64,000 nt of DNA from an uncultured Chloroflexia bacterium (GCA_963746255.1 CAVVAJ010000005.1:301346-365345), one strand, 5' to 3'. Positions 33,390 through 43,505 are shown, counted from the first letter of the stretch. Made by a program: numbers and translations. The notes: generated by a model not told the origin, from the sequence alone.

Positions 33390-34346
33390 ATGATCGTAAC
33401 TACAAAAAAGCTGTTTGAATTAGCATATGGGAAATACGCGATCGGTGCGTATAACATTAACAATCTTGAACAAACCATCGGTCTATTTAGGGGAAATGTT
33501 GAAAGTCAAGCCCCTTTTATTATCCAGATCAGTAAAGGTGCCCGTTCCTATACCCATAAAACCATGTTGGAAGGATTGATTCGCAGCGCGGAAAAAGTAT
33601 TTCCCGAAGCGATCTTCGCAGTTCATATTGACCATGGTGATGAACAGACATGTTACGATGCGATTGATAGTGGCTTTTATTCATCAGTGATGATTGATGC
33701 AAGCCATGAGGATTTTGATCATAATATCGCCACGACGAGAAGAGTAGTCGACGCCGCACATGCCAGAGGCGTTGTTGTGGAGGCTGAGTTGGGCATGTTG
33801 GGTGGAGTTGAAGAACATATCTCTGTTGCTGAAGCAGATGCCAAACTTACTAACCCAAATCAAGCTGCTGAATTCGTAGAACGGTCAGGTTGTGACTCTT
33901 TGGCTGTCGCAATTGGAACCAGCCATGGGGCTTATAAATTTTCTGGTTCCCAGGCATTAAGGTTTGATGTTTTAGAGAAAATCCAAGCGAAATTGCCGAA
34001 TTTCCCTCTGGTCATGCATGGGAGCAGTTCGGTTCCGGAAGAAGAAGTTGCGCGGATTAATGCTGCTGGTGGGAAAATGCTTGGAGCGAAAGGCGTCGAT
34101 GCAAATCAATTCAAGCGCGCCGCTGAATTAGGTGTTACCAAGGTTAATATCGATACGGACGGGCGGCTAGTTTGGACTAGGGTTCACCGTGAATTTTTCA
34201 AGGAAAAACCAGAGGGATTTGACCTGAGGCAACCCGGCAAAATATTCATGAGTGAATATGCAAACTTTATTGCCGGGAAGAATGAGAAACTTGGGAGCGC
34301 AGGACAGCTCGAAAACGTGCGCATGACGCTTAGAACAGTTGACTGA
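33390..34346 (+). CDS. fba: Fructose-bisphosphate aldolase, class II
   Basis: N-terminus MIVTTKKLFELAYGKYAIGAYNINNLEQ and HxDHG metal site (VHIDHGD). Confidence 0.9.
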   Translation: MIVTTKKLFELAYGKYAIGAYNINNLEQTIGLFRGNVESQAPFIIQISKGARSYTHKTMLEGLIRSAEKVFPEAIFAVHIDHGDEQTCYDAIDSGFYSSVMIDASHEDFDHNIATTRRVVDAAHARGVVVEAELGMLGGVEEHISVAEADAKLTNPNQAAEFVERSGCDSLAVAIGTSHGAYKFSGSQALRFDVLEKIQAKLPNFPLVMHGSSSVPEEEVARINAAGGKMLGAKGVDANQFKRAAELGVTKVNIDTDGRLVWTRVHREFFKEKPEGFDLRQPGKIFMSEYANFIAGKNEKLGSAGQLENVRMTLRTVD

Positions 34347-34412
34347 GATATTTGCATTTAGCTCCTCGGGGATTGAACTGACAAGTTCAATCCCCATTAT
34401 CATGAGTGAGCC

Positions 34413-34952
34413 TTGTTGGAAGGATGTTCTGAGCGGATTATGGCGTCAGCTGATCAAGGATTTTCTAAAGATCGCTATTCAGTGATTCCCCGCACCCTAA
34501 TTTTCTTAGATTGTGGGGACATGGTGCTGATGCTTAAAGGAAACCCCAGCAAGAGAATTTGGGCTTCAAAGTACAACGGTATCGGAGGGCACGTCGAGCG
34601 TGGTGAGGACATCTTCCGCGCCGCAAAGCGTGAGTTATTCGAGGAATCTGGATACCAAGCGGAAGATTTATGGTTAGGGGCTGTGGTAACTATTGATGCG
34701 CGAGACACTGGTGGTATCCTTCTCTTCGTTTTCCGTGGTCAAATCGAGAAAGATACCTATAAGAATCTGAAACCAACGACTTCCATTGAGGGGATTCTCG
34801 AATGGGTTCATAGATCTGAGGTGTATGAGCTACCGCTTGTTGAAGATTTACCAGTACTTTTACCAAAATTGTTCTTGATCCGGAAAGGCGACCCAGTTAT
34901 CTATGCACACTACAAATATCACGATGATGATCTTGCGATTGTGTTTTCATAA
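34413..34952 (+). CDS. NUDIX hydrolase
   Basis: Nudix box GGHVERGEDIFRAAKRELFEESG. Confidence 0.8.
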   Translation: MLEGCSERIMASADQGFSKDRYSVIPRTLIFLDCGDMVLMLKGNPSKRIWASKYNGIGGHVERGEDIFRAAKRELFEESGYQAEDLWLGAVVTIDARDTGGILLFVFRGQIEKDTYKNLKPTTSIEGILEWVHRSEVYELPLVEDLPVLLPKLFLIRKGDPVIYAHYKYHDDDLAIVFS

Positions 34953-34983
34953 GCTGCAATTATTTTCTCTACGATGAACTACT

Positions 34984-35098
34984 GTTCCGTCAAATTTGAT
35001 TGTTTAGGTAGACAAGAGTGTAGACGGAACACTTTATGCTTTGTCAAGGGCGTCTACTTGGAAATTGCATGAACCTTTCATCCATGACAAAGCACTAG
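34984..35098 (-). repeat. Dispersed bipartite intergenic element, copy R2 (reverse orientation; B then A on + strand)
   Basis: GTTCCGTCAAATTTGATTGTTTAG...CGGAACAC followed by GCTTTGTCAAGG...CATGACAAAGCACTAG. It ends 40 nt upstream of the pentapeptide gene. Confidence 0.7.
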
Positions 35099-35137
35099 CT
35101 GTCGAAAAAAACTTGAAAACGACGGAGAGAAATCTAC

Positions 35138-35614
35138 ATGAGCGATCTAACCCGGACTCAAATGGTGATGCTGATTGCCACAAACATGAACGCGCATAAG
35201 GGGTTGTTGCTGCGGGGAGTTAACTTAAATGGGGTTGACTTATCGAAATTATATTTGGCAGAAGCCGTTTTAGAAATTGCAGACTTGAGCGAATCGAATC
35301 TGACTGGCAGCGATCTCAGCAAGGCAAATCTAATACAAGCAGACCTGAGCTATGCAGATTTAAGTGAAGCGAATCTAAGGGGAGCAAATTTACATGAAGC
35401 AAAGCTAATTGGTGCAGATTTGCGAGCAGTAGATTTTACTGATGCCAATCTTCAAAATGCTGATATAAGGGGGGCAAACTTGCGAGGTGCTGATCTGACT
35501 CGCGCAAATCTTTGGCACTCAGATATGGCTGAGACGACTTTAGTGTACGCTAATCTTGAGACTGCCAAAGGGATTCCAGATGATATTAAAGAGTGGATGG
35601 AACGAAATCAGTAG
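35138..35614 (+). CDS. Pentapeptide-repeat protein
   Basis: Tandem A(D/N)LxxA(D/N)L repeats through most of the 158 aa. Confidence 0.85.
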   Translation: MSDLTRTQMVMLIATNMNAHKGLLLRGVNLNGVDLSKLYLAEAVLEIADLSESNLTGSDLSKANLIQADLSYADLSEANLRGANLHEAKLIGADLRAVDFTDANLQNADIRGANLRGADLTRANLWHSDMAETTLVYANLETAKGIPDDIKEWMERNQ

Positions 35615-35939
35615 GCTGAATCTCCAGCAACAATATTTCATTTTGAGATTGCGGCTCCAGATTGTTGAAATCAATATTGGAGGATGTGATCCTGTCTGGG
35701 AAATTAATCTCGCTAGGGGGTGATTTGCGTTTATGCAACTTTGGACAAGAAAAATAGGTCGATTTGAATAATTAAATATATGGATTGCCAACTGCATTAT
35801 TGTTGATATGGTTCGGAAACCATGATACAGCGCTACGTTGTGGGTGAAATGGGGCTCCTATCTATCCCACCAATCTTTATGATCCCTACCCAGCTACATC
35901 GATGGCTTGAGTTAATTGTTAATGTGTCCTAATCAAAGA

Positions 35940-36644
35940 TCAGTTCTGTGGTAAGGCTTCTTGAAGTTTTTTGACCACAGATAATGAGATCGGTTTGGTT
36001 TTGGCAGACTTCCTGATCAAGTCTTTTAATTTATTCAGGGGGATTGTTGCAGCAGGTAAGTCTTGCTCTTTATCGATCTCTATTACGGCTCCCGGATTGG
36101 TGAAGACTAATACGGTGGAGATTTGTGATAGGTCGTCGTCAGGTAGAATTTTTGCGAAATACTTTTCCAAGCTTTCGATATCGCCGAGCATTTCGAGATC
36201 AGGACGACCGAGTCCTTCTTGAGCAAAGATTTTTAGATAGGTCATTAACATCCCGCCCCCACGTTGCTTCCAACGTCCCTTATCGAAGGTAATCGTCCCG
36301 CGTTGATGTTTTGGAAAGATCGCCCAAATGCCTGCTGGTCCAACGAGTAGGTGAGAGCTTGGCGTTTTGTAATGATACATTGAGTATTGATCATCCAGAC
36401 CCTTCAGAGATTGATCAATCTGTTCATCAGGTCGGGGTCTTCGTCCCCAGCGATTACTGAAATAGATACCTATTTGGGATAAGATAAAACCGAGCAACAA
36501 AGCAACTAGTGATAAGTAAAAATGGTCGGGCATCTGGAAGGATACATACATGCCACCTGCCAGAACTGCTAAACCACCAATCATGGTTATCTGCGCGATA
36601 CGGCGATTGCGATTGATTTTATTTTCGTTAATAATGATTTTCAT
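35940..36644 (-). CDS. Membrane-anchored NERD-like domain protein
   Basis: Two N-terminal TM helices, then a segment (LLVGPAGIWAIFPKHQRGTITF) resembling the nuclease-related NERD domain. Confidence 0.45.
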   Translation of the reverse strand: MKIIINENKINRNRRIAQITMIGGLAVLAGGMYVSFQMPDHFYLSLVALLLGFILSQIGIYFSNRWGRRPRPDEQIDQSLKGLDDQYSMYHYKTPSSHLLVGPAGIWAIFPKHQRGTITFDKGRWKQRGGGMLMTYLKIFAQEGLGRPDLEMLGDIESLEKYFAKILPDDDLSQISTVLVFTNPGAVIEIDKEQDLPAATIPLNKLKDLIRKSAKTKPISLSVVKKLQEALPQN

Positions 36645-36653
36645 ATCTTAATT

Positions 36654-37913
36654 TCACTCCTGGAATCGCTTGAGCACCAAGCATGCATTTTGACCACCTA
36701 AGCCAAATGAATTTGAGAGTGCAGCATTGACACTCATATGGCGTGCTTCATTCGGCGTGTAATTGAGGTCGCAATCAGGATCAGGGTACTCATAGTTTAT
36801 TGTTGGGGGAATGATCGAATTTTGTATAGATAGTACTGTAGATATGGCTTCCAAAGTACCTGAAGCACCCATGGCATGACCGATCATAGATTTTGTCGAG
36901 CTGATGGATAAATTATAGGCATAGTCGAGAAATAGTAGTTTGATCGCCTTTGTCTCCACGGCATCATTTAAGGGTGTGGAGGTACCGTGGGCATTTATAT
37001 AATCTATGCCATCTATATTTATCCCTGCATCCTTGAGTGCCCATTTCATCGTGCGGACAGGGGCTTTCGCTTCAGGGTCAGGTGCTGCTATATGGAAGGC
37101 TTCTGAGGAGGCGGCATGCCCGGCAATTTCCGCATAAATACGGGCACCGCGTGCGCGTGCGTGATCAAGACTTTCCAATACCATTGCACCAGCACCTTCT
37201 GAGAAGATAAATCCCTCTCTTTTCGCGTCAAATGGGCGTGAAGCGGATTGCGGAGCATCGTTGTAGCTTGTTGGCAAGGCACGCATTGCTGAAAACCCGC
37301 CAATAGCGTAATCTTGGATAACCGCTTCTGTACCACCTGAAATCACCACATCTGCCACACCACGGCGGATGTATTCGCAACCCTCACCCAAGACCTGGGT
37401 CCCCGTTGCGCAGGCGGTGGAGATAGTAATATTCGGTCCAAAACAATGGAAACGCCGGGCAATTAAGAATGCTCCGATATTTGGAATTCCTGAAGGGAGG
37501 ACGAAAGGATTTACCCGGGACAGGCCCACGGTTCTGAGGAGCTTAATTCCGTCGTCGAAGCGTTCTAAACCGCCGATTGTTGTACCAAAAGCGACACCAA
37601 CTCGCTCAGCATTCGCCATTGTGTCTGGAAGTCCTGCATCGGCTACCGCTTGAGTAGCTGCGCCTAGCGCAAATTGTGCAGAGCGTGCAACGCGCCGTGC
37701 TTCTTTGCGTTCCATATAATCTTCAGGATCAAAATCGGGGACTTCTCCAGCGATTTGGCAGGGCATGTCACTGGCGTCAAATTGGGTAATTTTGCGCACA
37801 CCAGATTGTCCAGCAACCAATCCATCCCAGAATTGGCTGATCGAAGAACCCAAAGGAGTGATTGCACCTAAACCAGTGATGACAACTCTTGGACGAGAAT
37901 TATTATTTGACAT
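36654..37913 (-). CDS. fabF: 3-oxoacyl-ACP synthase II
   Basis: 419 aa with N-terminus RVVITGLGAITPLG, active-site Cys region ISTACATG, and the His/His motifs. Confidence 0.9.
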   Translation of the reverse strand: MSNNNSRPRVVITGLGAITPLGSSISQFWDGLVAGQSGVRKITQFDASDMPCQIAGEVPDFDPEDYMERKEARRVARSAQFALGAATQAVADAGLPDTMANAERVGVAFGTTIGGLERFDDGIKLLRTVGLSRVNPFVLPSGIPNIGAFLIARRFHCFGPNITISTACATGTQVLGEGCEYIRRGVADVVISGGTEAVIQDYAIGGFSAMRALPTSYNDAPQSASRPFDAKREGFIFSEGAGAMVLESLDHARARGARIYAEIAGHAASSEAFHIAAPDPEAKAPVRTMKWALKDAGINIDGIDYINAHGTSTPLNDAVETKAIKLLFLDYAYNLSISSTKSMIGHAMGASGTLEAISTVLSIQNSIIPPTINYEYPDPDCDLNYTPNEARHMSVNAALSNSFGLGGQNACLVLKRFQE

Positions 37914-37945
37914 TAATACTCCAATAAAAAGGGGAATCTCAGGTA

Positions 37946-38941
37946 TTACGCTAAAGCAGTCCTAATTGAGTCTTTTAAGGCAGTGAGCAGATCTGAATCT
38001 ACCGCTTGTCGGGCTACTCTAATTGCGTTGACTAACGCATGGGCATCAGAACGACCGTGACCTACAAAAACCAAACCATCGATGCCCAATAGAGGGGCAG
38101 CTCCGACTTCTCCGGGGTCCATTAATTTCCTAATGTTCCCAAAGGCAGGCTTTGCCAAGAGCGCTCCTATCTTCGTGATCAGGCTGCTGGTTAATTCTTC
38201 TTTGAGCATATCGGTGATCATCTTCGCGACCGCTTCACTTGTCTTCAGAAGCACATTGCCTGTGAATCCATCTGTGACGACCACGTCAGCTTGGCCGCCA
38301 AAAAGCTCTTTTCCTTCCACGTTCCCGATAAAATTCAATCCACTGTTTTGCAGCAGAGGGAACGTATGCTTTACCAAATCGTTGCCTTTGCCGGCTTCCT
38401 CACCATTTGATAGTAAACCGACCCGCGGATTTTGTTTTCTAAGGACTTTGTCGGTGTAAACCGCACCGAGATGTGCAAACTGTAATAGGTACTCTGGTTT
38501 ACAATCTGCATTTGCGCCGATATCCAATACAGCGCAATGTCCATTTTTAACCGGGAACAACCCAGTCAAGGCGGGGCGTTTAACCCCACGAATTCGTCCC
38601 AACCGGAATAAGGCATTCGCCATTGCTCCACCCGTGTTACCGGCAGTTACAAAAGCATCCGCTTCACCAGATTTTACCAGGTCCATACCAACAGCCATTG
38701 AGTTATCGCTTTTCCGGCGTGCATTCTCTGCTGGCTTGTCCGTCATGGCGACAATTTCAGATGCGTGCACGATCCTTATCTGCTGAAAATCTCCTGCTAC
38801 AGCATTCAGGCGGGCTGATATTTGCCCTTCATGACCGACTAAGGTGATCTCATCGCCAAATAATTTAACCGCCTCAACCGCAGCGTTGATTTCCGGTTCT
38901 GGATGGTTATCACTTCCCATGGCGTCCAAAACTATCTTCAT
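37946..38941 (-). CDS. plsX: Phosphate acyltransferase
   Basis: 331 aa with N-terminus MKIVLDAMGSDNHPEP typical of PlsX. Confidence 0.9.
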   Translation of the reverse strand: MKIVLDAMGSDNHPEPEINAAVEAVKLFGDEITLVGHEGQISARLNAVAGDFQQIRIVHASEIVAMTDKPAENARRKSDNSMAVGMDLVKSGEADAFVTAGNTGGAMANALFRLGRIRGVKRPALTGLFPVKNGHCAVLDIGANADCKPEYLLQFAHLGAVYTDKVLRKQNPRVGLLSNGEEAGKGNDLVKHTFPLLQNSGLNFIGNVEGKELFGGQADVVVTDGFTGNVLLKTSEAVAKMITDMLKEELTSSLITKIGALLAKPAFGNIRKLMDPGEVGAAPLLGIDGLVFVGHGRSDAHALVNAIRVARQAVDSDLLTALKDSIRTALA

Positions 38942-39036
38942 TGGATCTCCTTGTTCAGGATTTATTTTGAAAACTGAGTCACCACAGGGTGGAAACTTGA
39001 CACAGATGCAGGGCCGATTATAATACGGCTAAGCTT

Positions 39037-39118
39037 GCGCTGGTGCTGGAATTGGCAGACAGGCATGGTTGAGGGCCATGTGCCGCAAGGCGTGTGGGTT
39101 CAACTCCCACCCAGCGCA
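39037..39118 (+). tRNA. tRNA-Leu (anticodon GAG), type II with long variable arm
   Basis: Manual fold: acceptor GCGCTGG/CCAGCGC, anticodon stem CATGG/CCATG with loop TTGAGGG, T-arm GTGGG-TTCAACT-CCCAC; no encoded CCA. Confidence 0.8.
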
Positions 39119-39125
39119 TGAGTAG

Positions 39126-39155
39126 AGATATCAGCGTCCAATAGCGCTGATATCT
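39126..39155. other. 11-bp perfect hairpin (AGATATCAGCG / CGCTGATATCT) between tRNA-Leu and a convergent permease gene
   Basis: Seen directly. It is a possible bidirectional terminator, but the U-tract is weak. Confidence 0.5.
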
Positions 39156-39159
39156 TGCT

Positions 39160-40026
39160 TTAATCCTCAATTTTCATTCGCTTTTCAATATAGCGAACTC
39201 CAGCAGATAAAAGCAGGGTCATTGCGAGATAAAGGAAGACTACTACATTGAAAGTCTCAAAAACTCGAAAGGTGCTCGAGCGTCTTTTGCGGCTCAATTG
39301 AGTGAGTTCATTAACTGCCAGGACGGTTAATAGCGCCGAGTCTTTCAATAATGAGATGAAATCATTGCCTAGAGGGGGTAGGACTGCTCGAATTGCTTGT
39401 GGTAAGATGATAAGCCGCATAGCTTTAAAATAACTCATACCAAGCGATCGGGCGGCCTCCATCTGACCTCGACTGATTGCTTGTATGCCAGCTCTAAAAA
39501 CCTCTGCTTCATAAGCGCCATAGCCGATACCGAGTGCTAAGATCCCCCGAAACTCCATCGAGATATTACGAATTGTATATTCGGACAAATATAGAAATAA
39601 TTGTTCAAGCGCTGTCCCCGTCGAAGGATCTAAGCCCACATTACCCAGGTAATTCACGAATGTGATAAATAAGGGTACCACACCGAATGCGATATAAAGT
39701 ATCAGGACGATCATCGGAATACCGCGGATTACCTCCACATACAATGTGGCAATTGTGTAGACAAACGTGTTCTTCGATGTGCGTGCTATTCCGGTGAGCA
39801 AGCCGATGACTAGTGATAAGATATACGCAAAAAAAGTGATCCGGATGGTTGTTACAACACCGTCTTTCAGGAATATAAATGTATCTTGGTAGTTATCATT
39901 TGTGAGGATGAGGTAGGTGATAGCCAGTGCTGACACGAGAATCACGATTCCCCACCATGGGAGCTTGTTTAACTGCAATCGGTCAACGATACCTGGTCGT
40001 TCATCCATACTGCGGGTAGTTTCCAT
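39160..40026 (-). CDS. Polar amino-acid ABC transporter permease
   Basis: 288 aa multi-TM protein with the EAA loop EAARSLGMSYFKAMRLIILPQA. Confidence 0.85.
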   Translation of the reverse strand: METTRSMDERPGIVDRLQLNKLPWWGIVILVSALAITYLILTNDNYQDTFIFLKDGVVTTIRITFFAYILSLVIGLLTGIARTSKNTFVYTIATLYVEVIRGIPMIVLILYIAFGVVPLFITFVNYLGNVGLDPSTGTALEQLFLYLSEYTIRNISMEFRGILALGIGYGAYEAEVFRAGIQAISRGQMEAARSLGMSYFKAMRLIILPQAIRAVLPPLGNDFISLLKDSALLTVLAVNELTQLSRKRRSSTFRVFETFNVVVFLYLAMTLLLSAGVRYIEKRMKIED

Positions 40027-40193
40027 AATCCGGTTCCTAGGGCTTAGGTAATTTGGTTAATAATTCTATGGAAATATTTGTAATGAAAATATTATTGATT
40101 TAACCTATTTGTTGGATCTATTGATAAGGTGTGAGAGAGTGCTGTTGTAGGAGTCGCCGGGTGTGGGTTTCGGTATGCAGCACCGTATCGAGT

Positions 40194-40302
40194 GCTTTGT
40201 CAAGGATAAAAGTTTCGTTTGATAACTGAGTTAATAAGCCCCTGACAAAGCTTTAAGTGTTCCAACTAGACTCCATTCTATCTAAACAATCAAATTTAAA
40301 GG
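40194..40302 (+). repeat. Dispersed bipartite intergenic element, copy R3a (A+B)
   Basis: GCTTTGTCAAGG...CCTGACAAAGC followed by GTGTTCC...AAACAATCAAATTT...GGAATACTAG. Confidence 0.7.
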
Positions 40303-40311
40303 AATACTAGT

Positions 40312-40424
40312 GCTTTGTCAAGGATGAAAGTTTCATCGATATCCGGTAACTATACCTTTGACAAAGCTTTAAGTGTTCTGTCCGTGATCTATTTTTTAAA
40401 GAATCACATTTGAGGGAACACTAG
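40312..40424 (+). repeat. Dispersed bipartite intergenic element, copy R3b (A + degenerate B), in tandem with R3a
   Basis: GCTTTGTCAAGGATGAAAGTTTCATCG...CCTTTGACAAAGC followed by GTGTTCTGTCCG...AATCACATTTGAGGGAACACTAG. Confidence 0.7.
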
Positions 40425-40433
40425 TACACTTTT

Positions 40434-40463
40434 CCGGGATGGGAAAATTGTTTCCCATCCCGG
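40434..40463. terminator. 13-bp perfect stem-loop (CCGGGATGGGAAA / TTTCCCATCCCGG) just downstream of the triple-SBP gene
   Basis: Seen directly. It is the likely transcription terminator of the SBP gene, although the U-tract is poor. Confidence 0.5.
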
Positions 40464-40495
40464 AGTTAGTGATTTCGAGTAACTGGTGTTAAAAT

Positions 40496-42748
40496 CTACT
40501 GCACCAGTCCCCACATCAGATTGAGTTCTTCCAGCTTGCCATCCGCTTTCATCGAGAGCAAGGCGGCGTCAACCGCATCTCGCAGCTCGCTGCCTGGCGG
40601 GAAGACGAAACCGAGCTGTTCATCGGATGTGAGCTGTCCAATGATCTTGAGCTTGCCTTCATTCGCTTCCATAAAACCGAGCGCGGACACATTGTCAATC
40701 ACCACACCATCGATGTCATTGGCGAGCAGTGCTAGGATTGTGGCGGGGAAATCTTCAAAGGACTTGATGCGCTCGACCGGGAAGTACTCCTGGGCAACAA
40801 TCTCGTTGGTGGTCCCGATCTGTGTACCGATCAGCATATTGTCATCCGCGACGAAGTCATCAACCGTAGCGGTTTCATCGGTGCGCACCAGCAAGGTCTG
40901 TCCGATGGTGACATAGGGCACCGAGAAATCAACGATCTTGGCACGCTCTTCGGTGATGGTAACGCCATCTGCGAGCCAGTCATACTCGCCCGCTTCCATG
41001 GCTGGGAAAATGCCATCCCAGGCGGCTTCAACGAACAGCGGGACGCAGTTGATCCGGTTACAGATCTCACGGGCAGCGTCGTAGTCCCAACCGACGGGTT
41101 CCCCGCTGGCCTCATCAATCGAGTTGAAGGGCGGATAGGCGTTTTCCACTGCGACAGTGACTTCCATACCACCCAGGTCTGGTAGTTCTGCGGCTGGGGC
41201 TTCTTTGGTGATCAATCCCCAAGTCAGGTTGAGTTCTTCGAGTGTGCCATCCGCTTCCATGGCGAGCAAGGCGGCGTCAACTGCATCTCGCAGCTCGCTG
41301 CCTGGCGGGAAGACGAAACCGAGCTGTTCATCGGATGTGAGCTGTCCAATGATCTTGAGCTTGCCTTCATTCGCTTCCATAAAACCGAGCGCGGACACGT
41401 TGTCAATCACCACACCATCGATGTCATTGGCGAGCAGTGCTAGGATTGTGGCGGGGAAATCTTCAAAGGACTTGATGCGCTCGACCGGGAAGTATTCCTG
41501 GGCAACGATCTCGTTGGTGGTACCGATCTGAGTGCCGATCAGCATATTGTCATCCGCGACGAAGTCATCAACCGAAGCGGTCTCATCGACGCGCACCAAC
41601 AAGGTCTGTCCGATGGTGACGTAGGGTACCGAGAAATCAACGATCTTGGCACGCTCTTCGGTGATGGTAACGCCATCTGCGAGCCAGTCATACTCGCCCG
41701 CTTCCATGGCTGGGAAAATGCCATCCCAGGCGGCTTCAACGAACACTGGGACGCAGTTGATCCGATCACAGATCTCACGGGCAGCGTCGTAGTCCCAACC
41801 GACGGGTTCCCCGCTGGCTTCATCAATCGAGTTGAAGGGCGGATAGGCGTTTTCCACTGCGACAGTGACTTCCATACCACCCAGGTCTGGTAGTTCTGCG
41901 GCTGGGGCTTCTTTGGTGATCAATCCCCAAGTCAGGTTGAGTTCTTCGAGTGTGCCATCCGCTTCCATGGCGAGCAAGGCGGCGTCAACTGCATCTCGCA
42001 GCTCGCTGCCTGGCGGGAAGACGAAACCGAGCTGTTCATCGGATGTGAGCTGTCCAATGATCTTGAGCTTGCCTTCATTCGCTTCCATAAAACCGAGCGC
42101 GGACACATTGTCAATCACCACACCATCGATGTCATTGGCGAGCAGTGCTAGGATTGTGGCGGGGAAATCTTCAAAGGACTTGATGCGCTCGACCGGGAAG
42201 TATTCCTGGGCAACGATCTCGTTGGTGGTCCCGATCTGTGTACCGATCAGCATATTGTCATCCGCGACGAAGTCATCAACCGAAGCGGTCTCATCGACGC
42301 GCACCAACAAGGTCTGTCCGATGGTGACGTAGGGTACCGAGAAATCAACGATCTTGGCACGCTCTTCGGTGATGGTAACGCCATCTGCGAGCCAGTCATA
42401 CTCGCCCGCTTCCATGGCTGGGAAAATGCCATCCCAGGCGGCTTCAACGAACAGCGGGACGCAGTTGATCCGGTTACAGATCTCACGGGCAGCGTCGTAG
42501 TCCCAACCGACGGGTTCCCCGCTGGCCTCATCAATCGAGTTGAAGGGCGGATAGGCGTTTTCCACTGCGACAGTGACTTCCACACCCCCAAGATCTGGGA
42601 ATGCTCCGTGAGCTGGTTCCTCCGGTGTTTCTGGTTCTTCAGGCAATTGTTCTGGCGCAGTCGTTGGGGGAGGTGGTGCTTCCGTAGGTGTCGCAGATCC
42701 CCCACAACCTGAGACTGCAATCATAATCATGATTAATATGACTGCCAA
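40496..42748 (-). CDS. Lipoprotein with three tandem near-identical family-3 (polar amino acid) solute-binding domains
   Basis: 750 aa with signal/lipobox MAVILIMIMIAVSGCGG and a Pro/Glu-rich linker. A 236-aa SBP unit (LGGMEVTVAVENAYPPFNSIDEASGEPVGWDYDAAREIC...EELNLTWGLITKEAPAAELPD) is then repeated three times, and the DNA shows a 708-bp period. Confidence 0.85.
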   Translation of the reverse strand: MAVILIMIMIAVSGCGGSATPTEAPPPPTTAPEQLPEEPETPEEPAHGAFPDLGGVEVTVAVENAYPPFNSIDEASGEPVGWDYDAAREICNRINCVPLFVEAAWDGIFPAMEAGEYDWLADGVTITEERAKIVDFSVPYVTIGQTLLVRVDETASVDDFVADDNMLIGTQIGTTNEIVAQEYFPVERIKSFEDFPATILALLANDIDGVVIDNVSALGFMEANEGKLKIIGQLTSDEQLGFVFPPGSELRDAVDAALLAMEADGTLEELNLTWGLITKEAPAAELPDLGGMEVTVAVENAYPPFNSIDEASGEPVGWDYDAAREICDRINCVPVFVEAAWDGIFPAMEAGEYDWLADGVTITEERAKIVDFSVPYVTIGQTLLVRVDETASVDDFVADDNMLIGTQIGTTNEIVAQEYFPVERIKSFEDFPATILALLANDIDGVVIDNVSALGFMEANEGKLKIIGQLTSDEQLGFVFPPGSELRDAVDAALLAMEADGTLEELNLTWGLITKEAPAAELPDLGGMEVTVAVENAYPPFNSIDEASGEPVGWDYDAAREICNRINCVPLFVEAAWDGIFPAMEAGEYDWLADGVTITEERAKIVDFSVPYVTIGQTLLVRTDETATVDDFVADDNMLIGTQIGTTNEIVAQEYFPVERIKSFEDFPATILALLANDIDGVVIDNVSALGFMEANEGKLKIIGQLTSDEQLGFVFPPGSELRDAVDAALLSMKADGKLEELNLMWGLVQ
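40499..42622. repeat. Three tandem 708-bp direct repeats (>95% nt identity) inside the SBP gene
   Basis: The same nt strings recur at 40.55, 41.26 and 41.97 kb, and spurious antisense ORFs recur with a 708-bp offset (40831/41539/42247). Confidence 0.9.
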
Positions 42749-42993
42749 AAGTATAGCGAATTTTCAATTCCTCATTTTTCTCTCCTTGATATATTCGTTG
42801 GAATGAAATTATTGACCATTCTCAATGAACCGGTGCCGCAACCGGAACTAAAGAAGGTGCTCGCCGCCGCCTATATTAGAATAGACTAACTTACGAAATT
42901 TTGCAAGCTGATCCATGTATAATAATAGTCGTTAACCCAGAAAATGCATAGTATGACTGTATAAATTTATGGTTTTGTTACGCGAGGATTACT

Positions 42994-43398
42994 ATGGCAC
43001 AATTCCCTACCGAAGATTGGGTTAATGCTTTAATGGACAAATTGAATACTGATGAGCAGTATGCTCAGATTGCCAAAAAGTGGGAAGGGGCTATCCTCTT
43101 TAAAATTGATCCCGATGGTGATTTTCAGGACACCAGGATTCTCTATCTTGATCTTTGGCATGGTAATTGCCGCGCTGCGTATATGGTTGGCGACGGAAAT
43201 GTGCAAGATGCTGCTTTCAAGCTGACCGCTTTTTACAGCAATTATGTGAAGCTGTTGAATGGTGAGATCGATCCAATGCAAGCATTACTTACACGTAAAT
43301 TGGGCGTCAAGGGTAATATGGCAGTGTTGATGCGCAGCGTACCCACGGTATTGGACTTTGTCCGTTGCTGTAGGGAGATTACAGATAGTTTTGAGTGA
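42994..43398 (+). CDS. SCP2 (sterol carrier protein-2-like) domain protein
   Basis: 134 aa with WVNALMDKLNTDEQYAQIAKKWEGAILFKI and the C-terminal LLNGEIDPMQALLTRKLGVKGNMAVLMR, typical of the SCP-2 fold. Confidence 0.65.
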   Translation: MAQFPTEDWVNALMDKLNTDEQYAQIAKKWEGAILFKIDPDGDFQDTRILYLDLWHGNCRAAYMVGDGNVQDAAFKLTAFYSNYVKLLNGEIDPMQALLTRKLGVKGNMAVLMRSVPTVLDFVRCCREITDSFE

Positions 43399-43505
43399 CC
43401 CTGGAGCGGGTGGAAGTTGCGCCGCAAGAATCCTTGCGGCGTTTTTTGTAGGAGTTCTCCGCATTTCGGAACCAGACAACCAATTGGATCGTCTAGCTTA
43501 ATATC

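Noticed and set aside
35080-35137. TTGACA hexamers in module A as a sigma-70 -35 box
   Set aside because: No acceptable -10 (TATAAT-like) follows at 16-19 nt in any of the copies examined. The promoter reading is therefore unsupported, although the element may still be regulatory.
40026-40496. Possible CRISPR-like array, because of visible repetition in this 470-bp spacer
   Set aside because: The repeats are two about 115-bp composite units (A+B modules) rather than short 25-40-bp direct repeats with unique spacers, and copies occur singly elsewhere. It is not CRISPR.
40521-42720. Eight antisense ORFs of 60-157 aa inside the triple-SBP gene
   Set aside because: They are mirror images of the 708-bp repeats on the opposite strand: low-complexity Ser/Pro-rich translations that repeat with the same period. 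They are artefacts of the repeat, not genes.
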